From: Chamaesiphon sp.
GTDB taxonomy: Bacteria > Cyanobacteriota > Cyanobacteriia > Cyanobacteriales > Chamaesiphonaceae
Assembly: GCA_965246715.1 (NCBI GenBank)
Contig: CBDFFH010000031.1
Coordinates: 1 to 31,523, forward strand
Length of the DNA: 31,523 bases
Reading direction: 5' to 3'
In this document: piece after piece, positions 10,945 to 19,892 of the stretch
Numbering within the stretch: the first letter of the stretch is position 1
Layout: each line of letters starts with the position of its first letter
The notes under the pieces: model-generated
Databases searched by the model: none
What the model saw: only the letters and a program-made list of their open reading frames with translations
Told to the model about the DNA's origin: nothing
Program-made: the position numbers and the translations under genes

Positions 10945-11258
10945 ATGAAACAAACCCGCTATATCACCACCACCATTCAAGCAGACAACCGCCTGGAGAT
11001 CGATGTGCCGAATCTTCTCATCGGACAAACGATCTCGAAACGAGAGGCTACGCCAACGAGGTAATCTTGATTATTCCCGACACATCAGAATCTCCTCCAC
11101 GATCGATCGATAGACGATCTTTTCTCAAACTATCGATCGCCGAACGCCGCCGAATCTTAGCCGAACAAGCCGAAGCTGCTTTACCTTACTACGCAGAGAA
11201 TCAAGCAGAGTGGGAAGAATGGATTAACCTCGATATCGCCGCAACCTATGCTCCCTAA
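10945..11258 (+). pseudogene. Putative antitoxin of the PemK toxin, frameshifted by a 23-nt insert
   Basis: Removing 11034-11056 restores one ORF: MKQTRYITTTIQADNRLEIDVPNLLIGQTIEVILIIPD...RRSFLKLSIAERRRILAEQAE; overlaps the toxin start. Confidence 0.7.
11034..11056. mobile_element. Small dispersed repeat (SDR)-like insert in a CGATCG site
   Basis: CGAT[CTCGAAACGAGAGGCTACGCCAA]CG; excision restores CGATCG and the reading frame. Confidence 0.7.
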
Positions 11259-11508
11259 ACGTGGTGAAATCTGGCTGGTTAATCTAGATCCAACTGTTGG
11301 CGCAGAGATTCAGAAAACTCGTCCAGCAATTGTGATTAGCTCCGACTATATCGGTAAACTTCCGCTTAAACTAATGGTGCCGATTACTGACTGGAAAGAC
11401 TCTTTTGCATTAGATCGATTGTCACACCAGAATCGATCGAAATCGATCGAGGTAATTGGAGAAATAAGATCGATCGGTTCATCCCAGCAATGGCAGCGAT
11501 CGAGTTGA
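11248..11508 (+). pseudogene. PemK/MazF family toxin, C-terminal half apparently lost
   Basis: KRGEIWLVNLDPTVGAEIQKTRPAIVISSD..LPLKLMVPITDW; MazF-like sequence stops after ~53 aa and runs into HIP1-rich DNA. Confidence 0.8.
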
Positions 11509-11550
11509 TGATAAAATTAGCTAATTAGTTAGCACGATTGCCCTCACTTA

Positions 11551-12444
11551 ATGAGTCAACTTCCTCACGATGATTTTGCGAAAAACTTTTTAGATTCGTT
11601 ATTATCACCCTATGGCTCAGTGCAATCATCTTATAAGATTTCTAGTGAGGTGCGATATGTCGATATTTATTTTCAACCACAAATCGATAATTCCCCTCTG
11701 GAGTCGTTAGGACTATTAGCTCAGTTTGTGCGCGAATCGATCGTTATCGAACCGTTTCGGAATTCAGTAACGGTAATGCAAATTAATAGTTGTATGTCTA
11801 AGCTATTCGATCTGCATTTGACGGTGGTAAAGGAAGCCAAGAAACAAAAGCAACCAGAACCAGACAACGATAAGTTACCCAAACTGTGGATTCTAACGCC
11901 GACTTTATCCGATCGATTACTAGAGAGCGTGGGTGCAAAGCTAGATGTGGAGCGAGGGGGTGAAGGTATCTACGTGATGCCGTCAGGATTGAAGACGGGG
12001 ATTGTCGTTATTCATCAGTTACCCCAGACACCAGAAACATTATGGTTTAGACTGTTAGGTAAGGGCAAGGTACAGGAACGAGCAATCGCGGAAGTTGCAG
12101 CGTTGCCGATGAATCATCCCTGTCGGGATAATGTGCTCGATCTATTGGGAAATTTGAGAGTAACATTAGAAGCTAAGGTTAAGATCGAACCGGAGGAGCG
12201 GGAGTTGATTATGCAGTTATCGCCTTTATATTTGGAAAAGATTCAAGCTGCTGAGCGGGCTGGAGGACAAAAGGAAGCACAAACTTTAATTTTGAGGTTG
12301 TTAAACCGCCGAATTGGGATTTTGCCTCTGGATATTGAGTTACAGGTTAAGGCTCTTTCGCTAACTCAATTGGAGGATTTACATGATGTTGCGATAGATT
12401 TTACTCAGCTTACAGATCTCGAATCTTGGCTGAGTCAAAATTAA
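11551..12444 (+). CDS. DUF4351 domain protein with Rpn-like N-terminus, copy 2 (different C-terminal tail)
   Basis: Near-identical to copy 1 for ~236 aa, then LILRLLNRRIG...LEDLHDVAIDFTQLTDLESWL. Confidence 0.8.
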   Translation: MSQLPHDDFAKNFLDSLLSPYGSVQSSYKISSEVRYVDIYFQPQIDNSPLESLGLLAQFVRESIVIEPFRNSVTVMQINSCMSKLFDLHLTVVKEAKKQKQPEPDNDKLPKLWILTPTLSDRLLESVGAKLDVERGGEGIYVMPSGLKTGIVVIHQLPQTPETLWFRLLGKGKVQERAIAEVAALPMNHPCRDNVLDLLGNLRVTLEAKVKIEPEERELIMQLSPLYLEKIQAAERAGGQKEAQTLILRLLNRRIGILPLDIELQVKALSLTQLEDLHDVAIDFTQLTDLESWLSQN

Positions 12445-12602
12445 CGCTCGAATGTTCGCTCGACCATCTATGATAACGTCGAGTGAGTCTCGTCATCAGC
12501 CAGATTCGGCAGAGCCGACGCTAGCGATCGAACCCAACCCTATATCGCATCCCATCATCGAATCCAATCGACACATATTTTTAATCTTCGATCGATTGTC
12601 AC

Positions 12603-12820
12603 ACCAAATCCGATTCATACAGACTTCTTATTAATAGTACAATCCTGTCGCCCTCACCCCCAGCCCCTCTCCCAAGCTTGGGAGCGGCTTGCGCACGCCC
12701 TAGTTCCCCGACGGTTTAGCAAGACAAGACAGAGGGGAGCCAGAGCCGCAGGTGAGGGCGGGGTGAGGGCTACCCAGGTTTTCGATCGCAAAAGAAGGGT
12801 TTGTGAATCGGACTTGGTAT
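12603..12820. mobile_element. MITE-like composite element with CCCTCACCCC/CCCCTCTCCC REP-like core
   Basis: TIRs ACCAAATCCGATTCA (12603-12617) and TGAATCGGACTTGGT (12804-12818). TCACACCA duplicated at 12599-12606 and 12820-12827. Empty site ATTGTCACACCAGAATCGATC present near 9805 and 11419. Confidence 0.8.
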
Positions 12821-12879
12821 CACACCAGAATCGATCGAATTATTAGCCCGATCGAAATCGATCGAGGTAGTTGGATCGA

Positions 12880-13004
12880 AAAGATCGATCGACACTACTC
12901 AAAATTGCCATCAGATCGAGAGTTATAGGATCTCGGTGCCAAGTCAAGTAGTCTTGCCGCTCTCCAATGCTCGGAAATTCGCAGAAGGCTTCGATTTTAT
13001 CCAT
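12880..13004 (-). pseudogene. 5' fragment of a paralogue of the sigma-like gene
   Basis: MDKIEAFCEFPSIGERQDYLTWHRDP vs MDSIKTFCEFPSIGESQDYLTWHRDP. Upstream DNA 13005-13065 also matches ~8951-9011. Confidence 0.85.
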
Positions 13005-13068
13005 ACAATCACTCGATCTTACTCCAATTATTTGTTCTTATAATACATCGATCGTTCGAGGGATGTCA

Positions 13069-13401
13069 TTAATCGAGATCGTCATTTATCATCGATGTTA
13101 ATCCAGCAATCTTTACGGGCGGTCGATCTTTGAATTCTACTACTAATGATAATTCTCCACCCATTGCGGCGATATAACTTTGTAATGTCGAAACCAATAA
13201 ATCTGCCCGCCGTTCGAGTCGGGAGACATTTTCTTGGCGCATGTTTAATAATTCTGCCATCCGAATCTGGGTGAACTCTCTGGCTTTTCGTAAGTCTTGT
13301 AAGGTCATTTCTTCAGCAATTAATTCAGCCGCTCGTTTTTCAACTCTCGCTCGTTGTTCTGGCGGCAAATTATCCATAACAGTCTTTAAGCTAATTGTCA
13401 T
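13069..13401 (-). CDS. XRE-family HTH antitoxin
   Basis: MTLQDLRKAREFTQIRMAELLNMRQENVSRLERRADLLVSTLQSYIAAMGG; overlaps the toxin stop. Confidence 0.9.
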   Translation of the reverse strand: MTISLKTVMDNLPPEQRARVEKRAAELIAEEMTLQDLRKAREFTQIRMAELLNMRQENVSRLERRADLLVSTLQSYIAAMGGELSLVVEFKDRPPVKIAGLTSMINDDLD

Positions 13402-13762
13402 CTGTTTCTTGCTCCATTAACTTAGTCAAATGGTCGTTAAATCTACTATCTGCCGTCTCAATTAGTTGTCGATAAAATCGTTTTTCACTTCCACCAGATT
13501 TGTCCCCAGCGACCAGCAGAATAGCAGAGCGACGAGGGTCAAATGCAAAGGCGACCCGCCAAACTCCATCAGTAGCTTGAAATCTAATTTCTTTCATGTT
13601 TGCATAGGTAGAACCATTTAGGGTATCTGCATGGGGACGTTTGAGGTTCGGCCCGAATATTTCCAGCAGTGAGACTTTCGCCAAAAGCTCTAATCTAACG
13701 TCGGTAGGAAGTTCGCTAAATTCTGAGTAAAAATCGGGGTGAAAGTCAATGTTCCAGATCAT
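13391..13762 (-). CDS. RelE/ParE (Gp49/HigB-like) type II toxin
   Basis: GPNLKRPHADTLNGSTYANMKEIRF..WRVAFAFDPRRSAILLVAGDKSG; toxin-first order. Confidence 0.9.
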   Translation of the reverse strand: MIWNIDFHPDFYSEFSELPTDVRLELLAKVSLLEIFGPNLKRPHADTLNGSTYANMKEIRFQATDGVWRVAFAFDPRRSAILLVAGDKSGGSEKRFYRQLIETADSRFNDHLTKLMEQETDDN

Positions 13763-13772
13763 TTGGGTAAGT

Positions 13773-13795
13773 TATGCCCTACATAGCATATTATA
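13773..13795 (-). promoter_or_regulatory. Putative TA promoter -10 box with adjacent palindromic operator
   Basis: TATAAT on the minus strand (13795-13790) next to TATGC-N8-GCATA (13773-13790), just upstream of the toxin ATG. Confidence 0.5.
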
Positions 13796-13965
13796 GGTAG
13801 TGTTCGCTCGACTGACAATACCCAAGAATGACATCAGATTACCTCTAGGGATCGGGATCGATCGTCAGTAAGCCTTTGTATGAATTTCATTTCACAGCAG
13901 ATCGATTACTGAGAGTCAATTAATCAATAAAATTAATTTAGAATCGAGAATCGTTACCATATCCC

Positions 13966-16920
13966 CTAATTTCCCTTCAACTTAGCAATCATCCCCATCA
14001 ATCCTTGATATAAATCCATCCGCTCCTGTTTACGAAATAATTCAGCAGCTTTGCTCAGATCGATAATTGCCTCCTGCTTATTGCCTAAATCGGATTTAGC
14101 AATACCCCGACTACCATAAGCCTCAGCAAATTGAGGATCGAGCGCAATTGCCCGATCAAAATCACTAATTGCCCCTTGTTTATTGCCCAGAACTAATTTA
14201 GTAATACCTCGAATCATATAAGCCTTAGTATATTGAGGATCGAGCGCAATTGCCCGATCTAAATCGATAATTGCCCCTTGTTTATTGCCTAGATAGTATT
14301 TAGTATGACCTCGATTATAGTAAGCATGAGCATCTTGAGGATTGATCGCAATTGCCAGATCGTAATCACTAATCGCTTCCTGGTTATTACCTAAATCGGA
14401 TTTAGCACTACCTCGATTATTATAAGCATCAGCATATTGAGGATTAAGCGCAATTGCCAGATCGTAATCACTAATCGCTTCCTGTTTATTACCTAGATCT
14501 GATTTAGCAAAACCCCGATTATTATAAGCCTTAGCATATTGAGGATTGATCGCGATCGCTTTGTCGAAATCGGTAATTGCCCCTTGTTTATTGCCTAGAT
14601 AGTATTTAGTATTACCTCGATTATAGTAAGCCATAGCATCTTGAGGATTGATCGCAATTGCCAGATCGTAATCGCCAATTGCCTCCTGGTTATTACCTAA
14701 ATCGGATTTAGCACTACCCCGATTATTGTAAGCCTGAGCAAGTTGAGGATTGATCGCAATTGCCAGATCGTAATCGCTAATTGCCCCCTGCTTATCGCCT
14801 AAATCGGATTTAGCAACACCCCGATTAATGTAACTATAAGCTTCTGGTTTAGTCCGAATTAGATCGTTATAGATAGCAATCGCTTCTAGGTATTTTTTAG
14901 ATGTAAATAATATTCCAGCTTTTTCAATACTTGATGTCGGATCGTTTGGCTCTAGTTCGATTGCAATGTTAATTGCTTTAATTGCATCATCATACTTTTT
15001 TAATACCCTAAAATTTGCACTTTGATATTTCCAAAAATAGTAGTAGTTTGCCCGTTTACTTGCTGGAACTGCGGCAATGGCTCGCGCGATCGCGATTTCA
15101 GCCAAGTCATATTTTCTAGCCCACATTAGTGATAATGCTTTACCATAATTTCCGGTCAAATCTTTCCCCTTAGCAATCGCTGTATCGAAAGCTGTTACAG
15201 ACTTATTGTATTGAACAGTCCGATAGAGTTGGTTCCCATAAGCTAACCACCTTTCCCCATCGTCTCCCGGTTGCGGTGGGGTTAGATTTTCCATTGCTGT
15301 AATTATTGTCTGTCTATTTGTGACATTTAATTGGGCAGGCTTATTGTTGGCAATCTTTAATAACTGCGGTTTAACCTTTAACTTATCGGCGATCCCGATA
15401 AAAGTCTTAATCGATATCCCCTGACTATTCCCTAATAAAATCTCGGCTTTTTCTGTGGTTTCAGCTTGCCCATGTATCCCAATGACTTTCCCTTCTGTGT
15501 CGAAGACAGGCCCACCACTCATCCCGCCATAACTGATACTGGTATAAAGTAGGTCGTAACCATTAGTAAAAGATTGTTTGTCTTGTACTTGAAGTTTGCC
15601 TTGTTCGGGTTCGTAAATGAAGCCGGGATTGAGTTGCCATTGCCAGAGGGGGCTATTAATATTCTGCCGATCTGGAAATCCACCCAGCTAAAGGCAAGTA
15701 TCGTCTATTATTCGGGCTATGTCGACTCGTTAAGTTGAGCGGTACAGGATAGTTGCTTTTGGCTACTAAATTTAATTACTGCCAGATCCGTAGTCCTTTC
15801 GGCAACGACAGTACCAGTCAGGAACGTATGCCGATCTTGGTCGTAGGTGACATGATCTGCTGATTGGTAGCTAATTTCTGAGTTGGTTTTAGGATCTTCG
15901 TACGACATGTTTGGCTGTCAGCACATAGTAACTATTGCCCTCTTTAGCAACGATGACTCCCGAACCATTACCGCCACTATTTTCGATCCGGACTGTCTGT
16001 TTCCGGGCGGTATCGTTCAGCTTTGCCATGTATCCAGTCAAGGTGGCTTGGCGTTGGATTTTTCCGACTTCTAAGCCATTAAATTTGTATCCATAGAGCA
16101 GATCTGGCTTTACCTGGACTAGGAAAGTTATAGACAGGTATCGCCCCAGTTTGCAGTTGCGATATTTAGCAGCGAGTTTGGCTAGTGGTTTACTGCCATC
16201 GTTATAGGTATAGTTAGGTAAAATCGGTGCCGCACCGATGGTATTTATCCCCAGAAATACCCCACTATTATCAAAAATTGGCCCCCCACTCATCCCTTGA
16301 CGCACGCCTTTTTCGCCTTTGGCAATCTCGTAACCGATTTGAGTACCGTTGTCGAAGGGAATATCCGAAAGTTGAGTAATTGCACCAGGGGAGATTCTCA
16401 GATCTTTGGAGTCAAACGGAAACCCCGCGCTGTAGATATTTCGATCGTTCGGTTTGAGAATGCCTGGATTGGCAAGGTTGGCTAATTGGTATTGTTTAGT
16501 GCTGGTAAATTCGAGTAAGGCTAGATCGTACTTGCGATCGAATCCACCATCGATAGGTTTGGCGGTATACTTTTGCCCATCTGGTGCTTGAATTTCAAAT
16601 TGGGTTGCGCGCCTCGTGACGTGGGCATTGGTGAGGACGAGGTAGGTATTGTCCTTTTTAGCGATGAGAACGCCAGAGCCGCCATTATTGGCGGAGGTAA
16701 TGCGGACGGTGATATCTTTGGCGAGCTGATTTACGGTGGTATTGACTTGCTTTTCTGCTTCATCGAGTTCTCGCTGGAGTTGTGGATCGAGCTTTTGGGC
16801 GATTTGGGTTGAAGGTTTGCTGTCTGTCGTTGGGTGATGCGATGATGCTGTTGCTTGCAGGATCGAGCTTCCTGGTAATAAGAATAGGCTAGATAAAATA
16901 ATTGACGTGATGTTTTTCAT
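13966..16920 (-). CDS. Secreted protein with two trypsin-like (S1) protease domains and a C-terminal TPR array; frameshifts at ~15690-16150
   Basis: Signal peptide. Domain 1: LTNAHV, YDLALL, GMSGGP. Domain 2: LTAKHV, DLAVIKF, GGMSGGP. About 8 tandem 34-aa TPRs (AYNNRG.AKSDLGNKQEAISDYDLAIAINPQ). Confidence 0.85.
14060..14850 (-). repeat. 102-nt TPR tandem repeats
   Basis: Recurrent TTGAGGATTGATCGCAATTGCCAGATCGTAATC at ~102-nt spacing. Confidence 0.85.
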
Positions 16921-16954
16921 ATTTTGGCAATTTGATATTTGAAAATCTGTTTTT

Positions 16955-17494
16955 CTATTTGTTTTTTAATCGATCGATTAATAGCTGCATATCGATCTCA
17001 TTTTCACCACTAGACTGAGACAGTGGTGAACCTTTACCCGGCCCAGATATAGTACTGCGCAACCTGTCGCGAATTTCTTCGGCATCGCTACCCGTACTGA
17101 GGGTAAATAATAAATGCGATCGAGTACATTCTTTTTCGGTATAAGGCAACGCACAAACTACACCCAAACCCGTTTTTTTATCGATCCCAACCATCAATTT
17201 ATCAAAAGTCCCGCGATCCCATGCCAATTGAAATCGTTTAGATACAATTTCACATCTTTGTTGCTTGGTCATCCCTTGAGGTGGTGGGTATTTCCAAACA
17301 ATTAACGAAACAGGTTCGCTAGTTCCACTACTTACCGCTTGGGTGGTAGGTACGATCGTGCCCGATCGATTGATGCGCCCGCAAAAGAATTGGACGTTAT
17401 CTGTTTGATCCCTAGCTAGAGATGGAGCTGGTAGGATGAGGATGGGCAGAAATAAAGCGATCGCGATCGACCTAAGCAAAAATAATTTGGTCAT
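16955..17494 (-). CDS. COP23 domain protein, paralogue 3
   Basis: Signal peptide; VQFFCG, VPTT, LIVWK, QQRCEIVSKRFQ, GVVC, LLFTL. Confidence 0.8.
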   Translation of the reverse strand: MTKLFLLRSIAIALFLPILILPAPSLARDQTDNVQFFCGRINRSGTIVPTTQAVSSGTSEPVSLIVWKYPPPQGMTKQQRCEIVSKRFQLAWDRGTFDKLMVGIDKKTGLGVVCALPYTEKECTRSHLLFTLSTGSDAEEIRDRLRSTISGPGKGSPLSQSSGENEIDMQLLIDRLKNK

Positions 17495-17508
17495 TGGCTG
17501 GATAAAAG

Positions 17509-18033
17509 TTAATTAACAATACTGCCGATATCGACGATGCCATCCCCAGAACTTTGGGGAACGGGATTGCTACCAGTTCCAGCTTTAATGTCTTTCATCC
17601 GATCGATCGTTTCAGTAGCATCGGCACCGTTTGACAAGGTAAATAACATACTTAATTTATTGCAAGGGGTCGCTCGATCTTTAGTCCCACAAATAATTCC
17701 CAGTCCCGATTTTTTATCGACTCCAGCAGTGAGATAATTCAACCTTTTGGCTGACCATGCCTGCTGAAAATTAGCTGAAACCATATTGCACCGAACTTGG
17801 GGTGTATATTTGCCACTCAGTTTCAATTTCCATTGAATTAACGCGACGGGTTCGCGTTTGGACGAGCTAGCAACTATGGTAGTAGGGACGATTGCATTGC
17901 TACTAGGATCGAAAGTTTGACCGCAATAAAACTTGACTTTTGTCGGCGATTGGGCGATCGACTGGTTTGATAACAGAGTAAAATTGATAGTCAATCCACT
18001 CAGGATAAACATTGTTATTAAGCTATTTTTCAT
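17509..18033 (-). CDS. COP23 domain protein, paralogue 2
   Basis: Signal peptide; KFYCG, VPTTI, LIQWK, YTPQVRCNMVSANFQ, GIIC, MLFTL. Confidence 0.8.
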   Translation of the reverse strand: MKNSLITMFILSGLTINFTLLSNQSIAQSPTKVKFYCGQTFDPSSNAIVPTTIVASSSKREPVALIQWKLKLSGKYTPQVRCNMVSANFQQAWSAKRLNYLTAGVDKKSGLGIICGTKDRATPCNKLSMLFTLSNGADATETIDRMKDIKAGTGSNPVPQSSGDGIVDIGSIVN

Positions 18034-18168
18034 AGTTATTAAAATCTATAAAACTTCTTTATTTAGAAAAAGTGCATGAGAATTTAGATCTGTGAGTTAG
18101 TTGGCGACTAGGATTGCTAAGCAACCGACACACAGATTGACAGTCGATTATCGATCGCCATTTGCCAA

Positions 18169-18744
18169 CTATTTTTTACGTAATAGGGCAAAATTGCGGA
18201 GATCGACGATTCGATTACCACTACTTTGATACTGCGGCACACTTGCCGTTCCTGCCAGTACGCTAGAGAGTTCTTCGATCGTCGTACCAGCATCTTGATA
18301 AGATTTAAGCGTGAATAACATATTCGCGCGATCGCAAGGTTGCTCGGCATTAGCGATCGCACAGATTATGCCCAAACCACTTTTTTTATCGATGCCCGCA
18401 GTAAGATAATTTCGCCCTTGTTGCACTGCGGCTTGAAATTTGGGCGAAATTGTTTCGCACCGTTGTTGGGGTGTGGTTTTAAAAGCCTCACTCTTCCAGA
18501 TAATTAATACGGGTTCTTCTTGATAACCAGAAACTTTAGCAACTGTAGCTGGCAGGTTACTTTTACTGCTAGGATCTGTAGCCTTACCACAATAAAACTC
18601 GACTGTGGGCGGGTTTTGGGCGACGAATTGCGGCTGGGTATTTTCGCCGATCGCCTGAGTTGCAGGCGCTCCAGCGATCGTCATGAGGCTAGCTAGCAAT
18701 GCAGTTTTAACGATCGCGAATGATTTGGGTTGAGATATTTTCAT
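18169..18744 (-). CDS. COP23 domain protein, paralogue 1
   Basis: Signal peptide; EFYCG, LPATVA, LIIWKS, TPQQRCETISPKFQ, GIIC, MLFTLK. Confidence 0.85.
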   Translation of the reverse strand: MKISQPKSFAIVKTALLASLMTIAGAPATQAIGENTQPQFVAQNPPTVEFYCGKATDPSSKSNLPATVAKVSGYQEEPVLIIWKSEAFKTTPQQRCETISPKFQAAVQQGRNYLTAGIDKKSGLGIICAIANAEQPCDRANMLFTLKSYQDAGTTIEELSSVLAGTASVPQYQSSGNRIVDLRNFALLRKK

Positions 18745-18856
18745 GGGAATTACTTGTTAATTGCAGGTGAGAATCTTGATGTGAAATCCGATCCATGAAT
18801 CTAGATCGGGTAGTTATGATTAGAATATGCAGCACGAGATCAGCACTCGATGGAGT

Positions 18857-19567
18857 TTAATCCTCGATCGTTGCCACAGGCGAACTTTTACCCTGACGTG
18901 CCTCGATCGTAAATTGACGGACTAGATCGACACCGATCGCCAAGTTAAGTCCGACATTACCCGTATCTCGGCCAACTCCCAAGGTATTTACACCAATTAC
19001 TTCACCTCGATCGTTCAATAATGGCCCGCCAGAATTCCCTGGATTGATAGCGGCATTGTGTTGGATGTAATTACCACCATCACGGATGGCACTGACGATC
19101 CCAGTAGTCAATGTATTTGTGAGAGCCTCATCGAACGGCGTACCGATGGCATAGGTATTGTCCCCGACTCTAAAGTTTGTCTTACTGAGGGCGACTGAGG
19201 GGAATTTTTGACCCCGACGATTGATTTTTAGTAATGCCAGATCCAGCCCATTTTTGCCAAATCCCACCCGATCGGCGGGGATTTCTGTTTTGCCATCTGC
19301 CATTATCAGTGTCACCACTGCTGGTTGCCCTTTGAGGACATGAGCGTTGGTAACGACATAACCATCATTACTGATGATAAAGCCACTGCCAAAGCCATTA
19401 TTATTTCGAATCGTCACCACTGCCGGATTTGCTTTTTCATAGACGCGATTGGCAGTAGTAGTGTTGGTGGCTGGTGTTTTTGCAGCAGCGGGGATGAGAT
19501 CGGCAGTGCTAATGCCGCCACAAGTTAAGGTGGCGAGTAATAGTGTGGTCAAAATTTTAGTTTTCAC
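18857..19567 (-). CDS. Secreted trypsin-like (S1C/HtrA-like, no PDZ) serine protease
   Basis: GSGFII, VTNAHV, DLALLKI, AAINPGNSGGPLLN. Likely GTG start at 19567 giving signal peptide MKTKILTTLLLATL. Confidence 0.9.
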   Translation of the reverse strand: MKTKILTTLLLATLTCGGISTADLIPAAAKTPATNTTTANRVYEKANPAVVTIRNNNGFGSGFIISNDGYVVTNAHVLKGQPAVVTLIMADGKTEIPADRVGFGKNGLDLALLKINRRGQKFPSVALSKTNFRVGDNTYAIGTPFDEALTNTLTTGIVSAIRDGGNYIQHNAAINPGNSGGPLLNDRGEVIGVNTLGVGRDTGNVGLNLAIGVDLVRQFTIEARQGKSSPVATIED

Positions 19568-19601
19568 GATCTGGTGGCTGGGGATGAATGATATAGGTGG
19601 T

Positions 19602-19760
19602 CTCACATCTTGCACCAGATCCAACATCTCTAGTCAAGTGGGGAAAAGGTTAAAGGGGAAAGGGTAAAGGAACTTAACGAGCCATCTATCCTTTACCCCT
19701 TAACCCTTACCCTTTCCCCTAAATCACTAATAGTAAATATATATTGGTGCAAGATGTGAG
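19602..19760. mobile_element. MITE-like element with 16-bp perfect TIRs and inverted heptamer (STRR-like) core
   Basis: CTCACATCTTGCACCA (19602-19617) / TGGTGCAAGATGTGAG (19745-19760); TGGT on both flanks. Core GGGAAAAGGTTAAAGGGGAAAGGGTAAAGG ... CCTTTACCCCTTAACCCTTACCCTTTCCCC. Confidence 0.85.
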
Positions 19761-19892
19761 TGGTTACATGCAGCATTGATAACCACCTAGATCATCTTTC
19801 GGGCTGATGCGATCGAATAATGCAAGTTAAGATAAGTTCGATCGTGACTAGCTTGTTTCCGTAACCTAAGTTGCTACCTTTCGATCGAGCTT

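Larger units (their letters stand above)
9714..12259 (+). repeat. Direct duplication with 1614-bp period (9714-~10645 vs 11328-~12259)
   Basis: Near-identical DNA from AATTGTGATTAGCTCCGACT (mid-PemK) through the DUF4351 genes up to the codons for AAER. Related sequence also at ~10860-10920 vs ~12520-12580. Confidence 0.95.

Noticed and set aside
9937..12444. Variable C-termini as a DGR VR/TR pair
   Set aside because: Differences are not adenine-specific, involve a wholesale tail change with a length difference, and there is no RT.
14060..14850. Regular repeats as a CRISPR array or DGR template
   Set aside because: They are in-frame 102-nt TPR codons with no unique spacers; no cas or RT gene is present.
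19568..19627. ORF-track start of the trypsin protease at 19627
   Set aside because: It lies inside a MITE; GTG 19567 gives a proper signal peptide.
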